This document shows, one piece after another, positions 7,592-16,481 of a stretch of DNA of 64,000 nucleotides; positions within the stretch are counted from its first letter, which is position 1, and every line of letters starts with the position of its first letter. A program made the translations under genes and the position numbers. Source of the DNA: an uncultured Rikenellaceae bacterium. Lineage in GTDB: Bacteria > Bacteroidota > Bacteroidia > Bacteroidales > VadinHA17. Below the pieces are notes generated by a model that was given only the letters and a program-made list of their open reading frames with translations, made no database searches and was not told the origin of the DNA. Location: positions 526,582 through 590,581 of the forward strand of contig CAVOLF010000005.1 in NCBI GenBank assembly GCA_963696805.1. Direction: 5' to 3'.

Positions 7592-9484
7592 ATGAAGAAA
7601 ATTTTCATTGTCATTTCAGTTATCCTGCTGGCTTCATGCACAGGGAAGAAGAGTCAGGAGATCGGGCAGTACACAATCGACCAGTTCTACAAGAACGTGA
7701 GCATCGGGTTTTCAGCCTTCTCACCTGATGAAACCAGGCTGCTTGCCACCAGCAATGAGACAGGAATTTATAATGTTTTTGAGATCAACCTGAGTGATGG
7801 TTCAAAGAAACAGGTCACAAACTCCACGACTGAATCGTTCTTTGCAGTCAATTATGTCCATGGAACAAACCAGATCCTCTATTCGGCAGACAAGGGGGGA
7901 AACGAAAACAACCATATCTACCTGCTTAATGAGGACGGCACAACGGTTGACCTGACCCCCGGAGATGAGGTAAAGGCCTCCTTCAACGGATTCAGCAAAG
8001 ACAAGAAGGTAATGTACTTCTCCTCCAACAATCGCGATCCTCAGTATTTCGATCTTTATAAAATGAATGTCGGGGAGTGGAAAGAGGAGATAATCTGGGA
8101 GAACAAGGAAGGCCTTGACTATGCCGGATCAACGAAGGACAGGAGTCTGATTGCGTTGGTAAAATCTATTACCACCAGCGAGAATCAGCTTTTTCTGTTT
8201 GACAGGCTGACAGGCAAGACCACCGAGGTATCAGAGCCTGATAAACCCGGTTCATATTCTGCTTCAGGATTCTCGAATGACAACTCCAGCTTCTACTACA
8301 CAACTGATGTCGGTAAGGAATTTACATATCTCGTGCAATATGATATTGCCACAGGTGGACGTGAGGTGTTATATGAGACGGACTGGGATGTGGCAGGCGT
8401 CTGGTTCAGCGAGAATGAGAAGTACAAGATAATCGGCGTCAATGAAGATGCCCGCATTAAGTTAAAGATAATCGATCAGTCGACCGGTGAAGATGTAATA
8501 TACCCGGAGATCCCCGGTGCGAATATCAATAATCTGGCGATTTCGGAGAGCGAAAAATATCTTTTGCTGAGTCTCGGGACGTCCAGAACCCCCGGTGATA
8601 TTCATCTTTTTGAGTTTGGTGGCACTGAACTGAAGAAGCTCACCAGCAATCTGAACCCGGAGATTAACCCTGCAGATCTCGTCGAGGCGGAGGTTGTCCG
8701 TTATCCCTCCTTTGACGGGCTGGAGATACCGGCAATTTACTATAAGCCTCTCACGGCGACAAAGAAGAATAAGGTCCCTGCAATGGTAATGGTGCACGGC
8801 GGCCCGGGCGGACAGGCCATGACATACTACAATCCCGTCATTCAGTATCTTGCAAATCACGGATATGCTGTTCTGGATGTCAACAACAGAGGCAGCAGCG
8901 GCTACGGAAAGACATTCTTCAAAATGGATGACAGGAATCACGGCGACAAAGACCTGAAGGACTGTATCTGGGGGAAGAAGTGGCTTCAGGGGCTTGACTA
9001 CATTGACACTGCAAAGATCGGCATCATTGGCGGAAGCTACGGAGGATTTATGACGATGGCTGCGATGACATCTGCGCCGGACGAGTTCAAGGTGGGTGTC
9101 AATTTGTTCGGTGTCACAAACTGGCTCCGTACACTTAAGTCGATACCACCCTATTGGGCTTCATTCCGTGATGCACTCTATACGGAGATGGGCGATCCGT
9201 TCACCGCCGACTCGGTAAGGCTTTATAATATTTCACCACTATTCCACGGGCAGAATGTTAAAAATCCCGTTATGGTGCTTCAGGGAGCCAACGACCCGAG
9301 GGTTCTCCAGGTTGAATCCGACGAAATGGTAGAAGCTATTAAGGCCAATGGCGTTCCTGTGGAATACGTCATCTTCCCTGACGAGGGACATGGTTTTATA
9401 AAGAAGGAGAATCAGATCAAGGGCTACTCACAGATACTTACCTTCCTTGACAAGTATCTGAAAGGGACCGGAGAAGAGTTATAA
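7592..9484 (+). CDS. S9 family serine peptidase (prolyl oligopeptidase / dipeptidyl aminopeptidase type), lipoprotein
   Basis: Lipobox ILLASCTG. N-terminal beta-propeller-like region. C-terminal alpha/beta hydrolase with MVHGGPGGQ and the nucleophile elbow GGSYGG, plus the late GANDPRV and DEGHGF motifs. Confidence 0.9.
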   Translation: MKKIFIVISVILLASCTGKKSQEIGQYTIDQFYKNVSIGFSAFSPDETRLLATSNETGIYNVFEINLSDGSKKQVTNSTTESFFAVNYVHGTNQILYSADKGGNENNHIYLLNEDGTTVDLTPGDEVKASFNGFSKDKKVMYFSSNNRDPQYFDLYKMNVGEWKEEIIWENKEGLDYAGSTKDRSLIALVKSITTSENQLFLFDRLTGKTTEVSEPDKPGSYSASGFSNDNSSFYYTTDVGKEFTYLVQYDIATGGREVLYETDWDVAGVWFSENEKYKIIGVNEDARIKLKIIDQSTGEDVIYPEIPGANINNLAISESEKYLLLSLGTSRTPGDIHLFEFGGTELKKLTSNLNPEINPADLVEAEVVRYPSFDGLEIPAIYYKPLTATKKNKVPAMVMVHGGPGGQAMTYYNPVIQYLANHGYAVLDVNNRGSSGYGKTFFKMDDRNHGDKDLKDCIWGKKWLQGLDYIDTAKIGIIGGSYGGFMTMAAMTSAPDEFKVGVNLFGVTNWLRTLKSIPPYWASFRDALYTEMGDPFTADSVRLYNISPLFHGQNVKNPVMVLQGANDPRVLQVESDEMVEAIKANGVPVEYVIFPDEGHGFIKKENQIKGYSQILTFLDKYLKGTGEEL

Positions 9485-9497
9485 TACCAGTTTTCAC

Positions 9498-9537
9498 AAA
9501 AGGGGGCCGGTGATCAGAGCAGATCACCGGCCTTTTC
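9498..9537. terminator. Bidirectional rho-independent terminator between convergent genes
   Basis: Perfect 11-bp stem GGCCGGTGATC (9505-9515) / GATCACCGGCC (9522-9532). It is flanked by AAAA on the left and TTTT on the right. The right arm overlaps the last hydF codons. Confidence 0.6.
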
Positions 9538-10767
9538 CGTTTTGCCGGTGAAGGGTTCGGTGGCGCGGCTGAAGATACCGTGCACATATGCGATGGCCAT
9601 GCCGTAATTGGTGACGGGGATATGATGCTTTTTGGGCTCGCGCAGACGGTTCATGAGCTGGCGGTGTGTCACCATGCATCCGCCGCACTGGATCACCAGG
9701 GCATAATCTTCTATCGGGCGGGGAAATGCATCAAGCCCCGCCACGTTGTCAAACTCCAGCTTTTTGCCGGTGAAGTTTGTGAGCCACCTCGGTATCTTCA
9801 CCCTGCCGATGTCATCACATGAGACGTTATGTGTGCATGACTCCAGCAGCAGGATCCTGTCACCATCCTTTAGCTCTCCTATTTTGGGCGTCCCCTTCAG
9901 ATATTCCTCAAAATCACCCTTCTGCCTTGCCAGTACGATGCTGAAGCTTGTCAGGGGTATGTCACGCGGGATGGAGGCATCGGCCTTCAGGAAGACCTGG
10001 CTGTCAGTTATGGCCAGCGCCGGCTTTATTCCCGTCTGCCGCAGGAAGGCATCCACCTCCCTCTCCTTGAGGACGATGGCGGTGCAGTCGTTGTCAAGGA
10101 TATCGCGTATCACCTGTACCTGTGGCAGTATCAGCCTGCCCTCGGGAGCTTCGATATCAATGGGGGTTATCAGCAGGACAATGTCACCCAGGCTCACCAG
10201 GTCGCCGATCAGTCCCCTGCTCTTCAGTGCAGAGGGAGGCATCGCTTCCCTCAGCATCCGGAGAAGCTCAGGGTTGTATTTTTTAGGATGCAGTGCCGAG
10301 TATTCTGTTATTTCCTTACCGGTGCTGTTTCTGATATCCTCGCGGAAAGAGGTAGTAAGAGGCATAACATCACTTTTGTTATGAACGAAGACGAAAGGAA
10401 TGTCAAGTACTCCGAACTCTTTTATCAGCTCAGCCTCGAAACTGTCGAAGCGGTTGTCAGACAACACAAGAATGGCCAGGTCTATCAGTTTCAGTGCGGC
10501 CAATGACTTTTTAATGCGCAGCTGCCCAAGCTCACCGGTGTCGTCAATGCCCGCGGTGTCAATGAAGATGAGCGGGCCGAGTCCGTGCACCTCAATGCTC
10601 TTCTTGACAGGATCAGTGGTGGTCCCCGCTATGTCCGAGACTATGGCAATATCCTGCCCCACCAATGCATTGATGAGCGAGCTCTTGCCGACGTTTCGTC
10701 TGCCGAATATTCCCACGTGGGGTTTGGTATCCCTTCCTTTTGCCGTCATCCGGATATCATTCTTCAA
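9514..10767 (-). CDS. hydF: [FeFe]-hydrogenase H-cluster maturation GTPase HydF
   Basis: 417 aa. GTPase motifs GRRNVGKSSLINALVG, DTAG and NKSD. The C-terminal cluster-binding region has SCTH....QCGGC (CxH...CxxC pattern). Confidence 0.85.
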   Translation of the reverse strand: MKNDIRMTAKGRDTKPHVGIFGRRNVGKSSLINALVGQDIAIVSDIAGTTTDPVKKSIEVHGLGPLIFIDTAGIDDTGELGQLRIKKSLAALKLIDLAILVLSDNRFDSFEAELIKEFGVLDIPFVFVHNKSDVMPLTTSFREDIRNSTGKEITEYSALHPKKYNPELLRMLREAMPPSALKSRGLIGDLVSLGDIVLLITPIDIEAPEGRLILPQVQVIRDILDNDCTAIVLKEREVDAFLRQTGIKPALAITDSQVFLKADASIPRDIPLTSFSIVLARQKGDFEEYLKGTPKIGELKDGDRILLLESCTHNVSCDDIGRVKIPRWLTNFTGKKLEFDNVAGLDAFPRPIEDYALVIQCGGCMVTHRQLMNRLREPKKHHIPVTNYGMAIAYVHGIFSRATEPFTGKTEKAGDLL

Positions 10768-12199
10768 GATCCTTCAGCCGGTAACCGCCCTGCACAAGGT
10801 TCTCCGGCTTAAGTATTTCCTTAAGCCTCTCCTCCTTCATGTATTCCAGCTTCCTGTTTGCCTCATAAACTGTAAGATTAAATTCCCGCATGCATGCAGC
10901 CATCTCCGCTGCCTTGTTATATCCAATAAAAGGAAGTAAGGCAGTGGTGACGGCGGGGCTGGCAAGCATCCTCTCTTCGGTAAGTTTCGGGTCTATTTCA
11001 ATTCCATTCAGGAGATGATTTGCAGCGGCTTCATTGGCCGATATCAGTAGCTTCAGGCTTTCAATGAGAGCATGTCCGATAACCGGGATGTAAGCATTAA
11101 GTTCCAGGCATCCCTGCGCAGCGAGATGGGTTATCATGTGGTCGTTGCTGTAAACACGGTGAGCAATGCTTATGACATACTCGGGTATCACCGGATTGAC
11201 CTTCCCTGGCATAATGGAGCTCCCAACCTGCTTTCCGGGAATGCTTAAGGCATGTATGCCGTGAATATCTGAAGCGAGAAGACGAAGGTCGCTTACTATC
11301 TTTTCGAGGTTAACGGCGTGAGCCTTGAGTATCCCGTGTACCTCGACAATAGGGTCGAGGTTGCTTGTGGCGTCAGAAAGGTTTTCTCCTCTTGTCACCG
11401 GTAGTCCGCTGAGCTGTTGCAGTTTCGCAACCACTTCATTGACATAGTATTTCGGTACTGAGATGGATGTTCCTGTGGCTGTACCCCCGAGGTTAACCAC
11501 CTTGATTCGTTCAAGGCATTTTGACACTCTCCACCAGTCGCGCGACAGCGCATCGCTGTAGCTGCTGAAGAGCCTGCCAAAGGTAGACGGCACTGCCTCC
11601 TGCATCTGGGTGTAGCCCATTCGCATGGTGTCACGGTGTTTCTTCTCGAGCTCCTCTGCCAGGCCACGAGAGGCGTTGACGGCTTTTTCAAGAATGAGCA
11701 GCAACTGCATGGCGGCAACACGCAGTGCAGTGGGGACCACGTCGTTGGTCGACTGGAATATGTTGGCATCCTCAACCGGGTCGACAACATCGTAGTCACC
11801 GGGTTTGAGGCCCAGTTTCAGGAGGGCACGATTGGCAAGTATTTCGTTTAAATTGAGGTTGATGCTAGTGCCGGCACCACCGGAGAATGCCGGGACAATA
11901 AAATGTTCAAAATGCTTTCCTTCCTCACATTCAACGGCGCTCTCCACCAGAGCGTCAAGGTGTTCTCCCTTCACTACTCTGATGCGCAATTTCCCGAAAT
12001 CATGCCTGAGGGCAAGCTTTGCGAAGTAGTCGGCGGCCGTGAGATAACAGGCTCTCTTGGTCAGAGCCATGGCCCTGTACCACTCGATATGAAAGGGAGT
12101 AGTGTCATTGAAGTTGTCACGTGCCCTGACTGAATGAATACCATAGAGTGCATTCTCATCCAATTCGATCTCCCCTATGAAATCTTTTTCTCTGCGCAT
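10757..12199 (-). CDS. Aspartate ammonia-lyase / class II fumarase superfamily protein
   Basis: 480 aa with the superfamily signature GSSIMPGKVNP. Its 3-prime end overlaps the hydF start by 11 nt. Confidence 0.85.
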   Translation of the reverse strand: MRREKDFIGEIELDENALYGIHSVRARDNFNDTTPFHIEWYRAMALTKRACYLTAADYFAKLALRHDFGKLRIRVVKGEHLDALVESAVECEEGKHFEHFIVPAFSGGAGTSINLNLNEILANRALLKLGLKPGDYDVVDPVEDANIFQSTNDVVPTALRVAAMQLLLILEKAVNASRGLAEELEKKHRDTMRMGYTQMQEAVPSTFGRLFSSYSDALSRDWWRVSKCLERIKVVNLGGTATGTSISVPKYYVNEVVAKLQQLSGLPVTRGENLSDATSNLDPIVEVHGILKAHAVNLEKIVSDLRLLASDIHGIHALSIPGKQVGSSIMPGKVNPVIPEYVISIAHRVYSNDHMITHLAAQGCLELNAYIPVIGHALIESLKLLISANEAAANHLLNGIEIDPKLTEERMLASPAVTTALLPFIGYNKAAEMAACMREFNLTVYEANRKLEYMKEERLKEILKPENLVQGGYRLKDLEE

Positions 12200-12209
12200 G
12201 TTAATATAA

Positions 12210-13400
12210 TCAATCGTCTGAGGATTCTTCAGGCAGTTTCAGCTTACGCGCCTGGGCTTCGGTTTCAATCTCTTCGCTTTTTTTTTGGAGCTCGTCTATC
12301 GAAATGATCTTTGCACGCTTTTCTGTAGGCGGATTAAGTTTCTCCGACTTTTCGAATTCTATGACCTGTTGCCGGAGATCTTCCGGCAGCTCCTTCTGGC
12401 TCTTGAGCACTATCTCCATGAACTCGTTCGAGAAGAACTGGTCGACCTGGATGCGTCTCTTTGCTGTGTGCGCGAACTTGCCTATGATGCGGCAGATGCT
12501 GTCACGGTCCTCGGGGCTTAGTTTATCGGCCAGATCGTACTCCTCGATTTTTTTCAGTGAGAGGATGACCGGCTCAAGAGAGTCGCGGGTAATCACAAAC
12601 ACATCATAGTCGCCAAGGCGGTATGTAAGTTGCTTCAGCTTGTCTATGGTGTTTGTGGGAACGACCAGGAACACAGACTTCTTGACGTTATCCTGGCTGG
12701 CGTATTTCTTAAGGTTCTCTGCCTGGGATTTAATATACAGGGGGAAGTTTGACAGGTCGTCATTTGCAGGGCTCTTAGCATCGAAGATGATATACTCGCC
12801 GCTGATCTCGATGGTGTTATCTGGATTACCCCTGAAGGGCACCTTATCGATGTAGTTCACATGGTTGACATCACAGATCCTTATGATGGTGTTCTTGACG
12901 TCGGTTTCGTGTTCGGCCCACTGCCTCTTCATTGCCTCGAAGCGGTCCGCGGCTTCCCTGACACGGTCTTCGTTCAGCTTTCTGCGTTCGGCCTCGAAGC
13001 TCTCCTTGGTCTGGTTCAGCCGGGCGATGTTCTCGTTGTAGTTCCTGACGTTGTCTTCTTTGGTGGCTTCGAAAGTTGTGACTTTCTTCGTCAGTTCATT
13101 GATGGTTCCCGAGTACTCCCTGAGCCGGCCGTTAAGTTCCTCGAGGCTGGCATCCTTGCGTACGGAAAGAATTTCTGCGTCTCTCACTCTCTGTGCCAGG
13201 TTTTCATTACGGGCGGAGATATCTGTGAGGCGGTTTTTCACCTTTTCGAGGTTCTCCCTGCTTGCCTCCAGTTCCCGTGCAAACGACCTGTACTCTTCGT
13301 ATGCATCGAAGCTCAGCGTTCTGATTTTCCTCCAGTGAAAGAGCCTCTGCCAGAAGCTGATATCCTTTATTTGTGAAAAAAACAGGTTAAGTTTATCCAT
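12210..13400 (-). CDS. Coiled-coil protein with RmuC-like PD-(D/E)xK nuclease motif
   Basis: 396 aa. About 170 aa of heptad-rich Glu/Arg/Lys sequence are followed by GNPDNTIEISGEYIIFDAKSP. This resembles the RmuC PD...(I/V)D(A/S)K nuclease core. The assignment is tentative. Confidence 0.5.
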   Translation of the reverse strand: MDKLNLFFSQIKDISFWQRLFHWRKIRTLSFDAYEEYRSFARELEASRENLEKVKNRLTDISARNENLAQRVRDAEILSVRKDASLEELNGRLREYSGTINELTKKVTTFEATKEDNVRNYNENIARLNQTKESFEAERRKLNEDRVREAADRFEAMKRQWAEHETDVKNTIIRICDVNHVNYIDKVPFRGNPDNTIEISGEYIIFDAKSPANDDLSNFPLYIKSQAENLKKYASQDNVKKSVFLVVPTNTIDKLKQLTYRLGDYDVFVITRDSLEPVILSLKKIEEYDLADKLSPEDRDSICRIIGKFAHTAKRRIQVDQFFSNEFMEIVLKSQKELPEDLRQQVIEFEKSEKLNPPTEKRAKIISIDELQKKSEEIETEAQARKLKLPEESSDD

Positions 13401-13503
13401 GAAGACAAAGTTAGCAATTCTGTCAAGGCGGAGGGCTGTGTTGAAAGAATTACCTTAGCATTGCAGCGGCGCACCACAGCACAGGAGCCTGTACGTGCAG
13501 TGG

Positions 13504-14376
13504 TTATAGATGTTTTTTCAGTTCGGTTACAGAGGTGACGGCAAACACGTTGGCTAAGGTTTTACCGGTAGCCGCCTTTGCCATAGCCCCGGACACAAGT
13601 ATCTTTTTATCGCGGAAAACAGCGCTCATTCTCTTCAGGTAATCTTCAGGCCTTTCATACGGTAGCCCGGTAAGAGACCCGGTAACAATGATGTCGGGAT
13701 TCCATCGGGTGGCCACATCGGCCATAGCGTTGAAGGGTGTTGACTGGCCGAGATAAACCGACTCATGGCCTGCCTTCCTGACTATGAAGGCAAAGAAGAG
13801 GAGTCCCATCTCATGCAGCTCACTCTCCGGGAGGTAAAGAAGGACTTTCTTTCTGTCGGGACCGTCAGCAGGGGGGAGAGAGTCTGTGGCCACTATCAGT
13901 CTCTTGCGGAAGATGTTTGTCATGAAATGTTCCGCGCCGATGTCAACCGTGCCGGTCTGCCACATGACGCCCACCCGCCTGAGAAACGGGAAGACGATCT
14001 TTTCAAAAGTCTCTTCAAATCCTCTGCTGATTATTGACCGCATCAGGTTCTCATTTATGGCCTTTTCATTGAAGTCGGTCATTGCGACGACAAGTGAATC
14101 GAGCTGGGTATCGGTATCGGTTGTTACTTCTGTCAGCAGGGCTACCTGCCGGGTGATCTCGGCACCGGTCATGGCGGCTATCTTTGAGATCTTAAACCCG
14201 TGACGGTAGAGAATTGAAATATTGATTATGCGTATAAGGTCATCATCATCATACCATCTCCGGTTCGTTTGGGTGCGGTGTGGCTTGATGATACGGAACC
14301 TCCGTTCCCAGATCCTGATGGTACCAGTCTTGATGCCGGTCAGCTTTTCAAGTTCGGCTATGGTGTAGCGGTCCAT
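13504..14376 (-). CDS. MerR-family regulator with cobalamin-binding domain (CarH/LitR type)
   Basis: N-terminal MerR HTH YTIAELEKLTGIKTGTIRIWERRF. W139-x9-E149-H150 (WQTGTVDIGAEH) and E186-x-H188-x-x-G191 (ELHEMG) match the CarH Wx9EH and ExHxxG signatures. Confidence 0.8.
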   Translation of the reverse strand: MDRYTIAELEKLTGIKTGTIRIWERRFRIIKPHRTQTNRRWYDDDDLIRIINISILYRHGFKISKIAAMTGAEITRQVALLTEVTTDTDTQLDSLVVAMTDFNEKAINENLMRSIISRGFEETFEKIVFPFLRRVGVMWQTGTVDIGAEHFMTNIFRKRLIVATDSLPPADGPDRKKVLLYLPESELHEMGLLFFAFIVRKAGHESVYLGQSTPFNAMADVATRWNPDIIVTGSLTGLPYERPEDYLKRMSAVFRDKKILVSGAMAKAATGKTLANVFAVTSVTELKKHL

Positions 14377-14438
14377 TGTATGCAGTGTTCGGAGGTTAAA
14401 AATAATCTTTTGTATTGATTTGAGGATTACTTATTGAA

Positions 14439-14472
14439 CAAAAAATTAGCGACGCACAATCTGCGCGTCGCT
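14439..14472 (-). terminator. Rho-independent terminator of the fasciclin gene
   Basis: 8-bp stem AGCGACGC (14448-14455) / GCGTCGCT (14465-14472). On the minus strand it is followed by AATTTTTTG. Confidence 0.6.
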
Positions 14473-14500
14473 TATTCTGATCGGATCATATGTTGATGCC

Positions 14501-15427
14501 TTACGGCAGGAGTACTTTGTCAATCACATGGATCACGCCATTTGAACCCTGGACATCGGTTGCAACAATCTTTGAATTACTGTTGATGGCCGGAGCCGGG
14601 CTGAGGGTGACGCTGATGGTACCGTTTAGTGTCTCAACATTGCCTGCTGCTAGTTGTGTCGAGAGCACATTGCCGCTGACGACATGATAAGTAAGTATGG
14701 GGGTAAGCTGTTCCGCTGTAAGGTCGGCAATGCCAGAGATGCCGAGGGTTGCAAACAGCGCCTCGAATGCTGCATTCGTGGGAGCGAAGATCGTGAAGGG
14801 ACCTGTACCGTTGAGTACATCTACAAGACCTGCTTTCACCACAGCCTGTACAAGGATGCTGAAGTTGTCATTAGCCAGCGCCTGGTCAACCACTGTCGGG
14901 GGCAGAAGAACCCTGTCAATGGCATGTATGACACCGTTCTTGACGTCAACATCCGCAGTTATCACGGAGGTATTCTTGTTAAGTTTCACACCTGATGCAA
15001 CATCGACCTTCAGGCTGAGGAAGGAGCCCTGCGCCGGACTAATAGTACTATAGTAACCGGATGATATCATTGATGATTTGGCTTCTGTACCAAGAACATG
15101 GTAAAGAAGGATGGGGGTAAGGGTCTCCTTTGAGAGGGCAGATATACCACTGATGCCAAGCTCGGTGAAGAGGGCTGTGAATGCTGCGTTTGTAGGAGCA
15201 AATACCGTAAAGTTGCCTGAGCCGTTGAGCGCATTAACGAGGTCAGCTTTGGCGAGAGCCTCAACAAGGATTGAGAAGTTACTGTTTGAGAGAGCATATT
15301 CTGCTATGGTCATATCAGCTACAGGCTTCATCTCCTCTTCTTTTTCCTTTTCACAGCCTGTAAGTACAAAGATCCCCATGAGGGCGATCAGTCCGAATGT
15401 AAGTGTCTGCTTTTTCATGATGTTCAA
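14501..15427 (-). CDS. Fasciclin (FAS1) domain lipoprotein, two FAS1 domains
   Basis: Lipobox VLTGCEKE. Duplicated FAS1 text: TVFAPTNAAF...NGVIHAIDRVLLP and TIFAPTNAAF...NGVIHVIDKVLLP. Confidence 0.9.
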   Translation of the reverse strand: MNIMKKQTLTFGLIALMGIFVLTGCEKEKEEEMKPVADMTIAEYALSNSNFSILVEALAKADLVNALNGSGNFTVFAPTNAAFTALFTELGISGISALSKETLTPILLYHVLGTEAKSSMISSGYYSTISPAQGSFLSLKVDVASGVKLNKNTSVITADVDVKNGVIHAIDRVLLPPTVVDQALANDNFSILVQAVVKAGLVDVLNGTGPFTIFAPTNAAFEALFATLGISGIADLTAEQLTPILTYHVVSGNVLSTQLAAGNVETLNGTISVTLSPAPAINSNSKIVATDVQGSNGVIHVIDKVLLP

Positions 15428-15637
15428 GTTTTAGTTGATTAATTGAATTTGAATGTAGAACATCATGAGCTTTGAAATGTTCAATTAAAAAGATAATATA
15501 ATATACAAAAATAATATATATCTCTTGAATATATCGTAATATATCGATATATAATACACAATATCAGTAATATAACAGATAGATGTTAAAATATGTTAAA
15601 TGTATGAGATGTTAAAGAATAATATAAACAAATCATT

Positions 15638-15721
15638 CTATTGCCAGATACGGGTATTGAGGCAGATCAATATAAGAGTGAGCAGCAATACAACCACTGT
15701 CGCGATGACTGCATAAATCAT
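15638..15721 (-). CDS. Possible 27-aa hydrophobic peptide (below ORF-track cutoff)
   Basis: ATG at 15719-15721, translating to MIYAVIATVVVLLLTLILICLNTRIWQ then TAG. It is a single TM-like helix in an otherwise non-coding AT-rich spacer. No homology could be assessed. Confidence 0.25.
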   Translation of the reverse strand: MIYAVIATVVVLLLTLILICLNTRIWQ

Positions 15722-15786
15722 ACCTGGTATTGTTTAAAGGTTCAGCATCGGTTGCCCTGATCGGAGCTACCGGACATGAAAAGGAA

Positions 15787-16479
15787 CTATTTTAATCTAA
15801 TAAGAGGTACAAACCGTACCGGTTCAAGACGCTGTTCGGTGATCTTGCCCTTGCGCTTTGTCAGTACTATCAGTTGCTGTACTGTTGCCGGGTCACCCAC
15901 CGGCATGACGAGCCTCCCTCCCTCGGCGAGCTGATCCTTCAGAGGCTGCGGGATATGATCAGCGGCTGCAGTGACGAGGATGATATCAAAAGGTGCATGT
16001 TCGGGCCACCCCTTATAGCCGTCGCCGTACCTTACCACTATGTTTCCATATCCGAGGGTCTTGAGTCGTGCCGCAGACTCCTTCGCAAGCTCGGGTACTA
16101 TTTCTATTGTATAGACAGTATCGACTATTTCCGCAAGCACCGCAGCCTGGTAACCCGAGCCGGTGCCTATCTCCAGCGCCTTTTTGCCCTTTGCGGGCCT
16201 GGCAAGCTCAGTCATGTATGCTACAATCAAGGGCTGTGAGATGGTCTGTTTATATCCGATCGGCAGTGGTCTGTCACTGTACGCTTCACTTTCAATTGAC
16301 GCTGGAACGAACAGATGCCTCGGCACTTTGCGCATCGCCTGCAGGGTAGCCTGGTGACTTATTCCCCTGGCAGCTATCTGGCTGTCAACCATATGATCCC
16401 GGGCTAACTTATACTGGTCCGGCTGCTGATATGCCAGCACACCTGAAAACAATAATATTACTATTATCAGTGATTTCAT
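15787..16479 (-). CDS. pcm: Protein-L-isoaspartate O-methyltransferase with N-terminal hydrophobic signal/anchor
   Basis: SAM motif ALEIGTGSGYQAAVLAE, plus TISQPLIVAYM and the downstream PIMT motifs. There is an extra N-terminal MKSLIIVILLFSGVLAYQ. Confidence 0.9.
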   Translation of the reverse strand: MKSLIIVILLFSGVLAYQQPDQYKLARDHMVDSQIAARGISHQATLQAMRKVPRHLFVPASIESEAYSDRPLPIGYKQTISQPLIVAYMTELARPAKGKKALEIGTGSGYQAAVLAEIVDTVYTIEIVPELAKESAARLKTLGYGNIVVRYGDGYKGWPEHAPFDIILVTAAADHIPQPLKDQLAEGGRLVMPVGDPATVQQLIVLTKRKGKITEQRLEPVRFVPLIRLK

Positions 16480-16481
16480 TA

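Noticed and set aside
15440-15640. Whether the AT-rich tract is a replication origin.
   Set aside because: I could find no DnaA-box-like TTATCCACA motifs, and there is no dnaA/dnaN or other origin-linked gene nearby. A promoter or regulatory spacer is the simpler reading.
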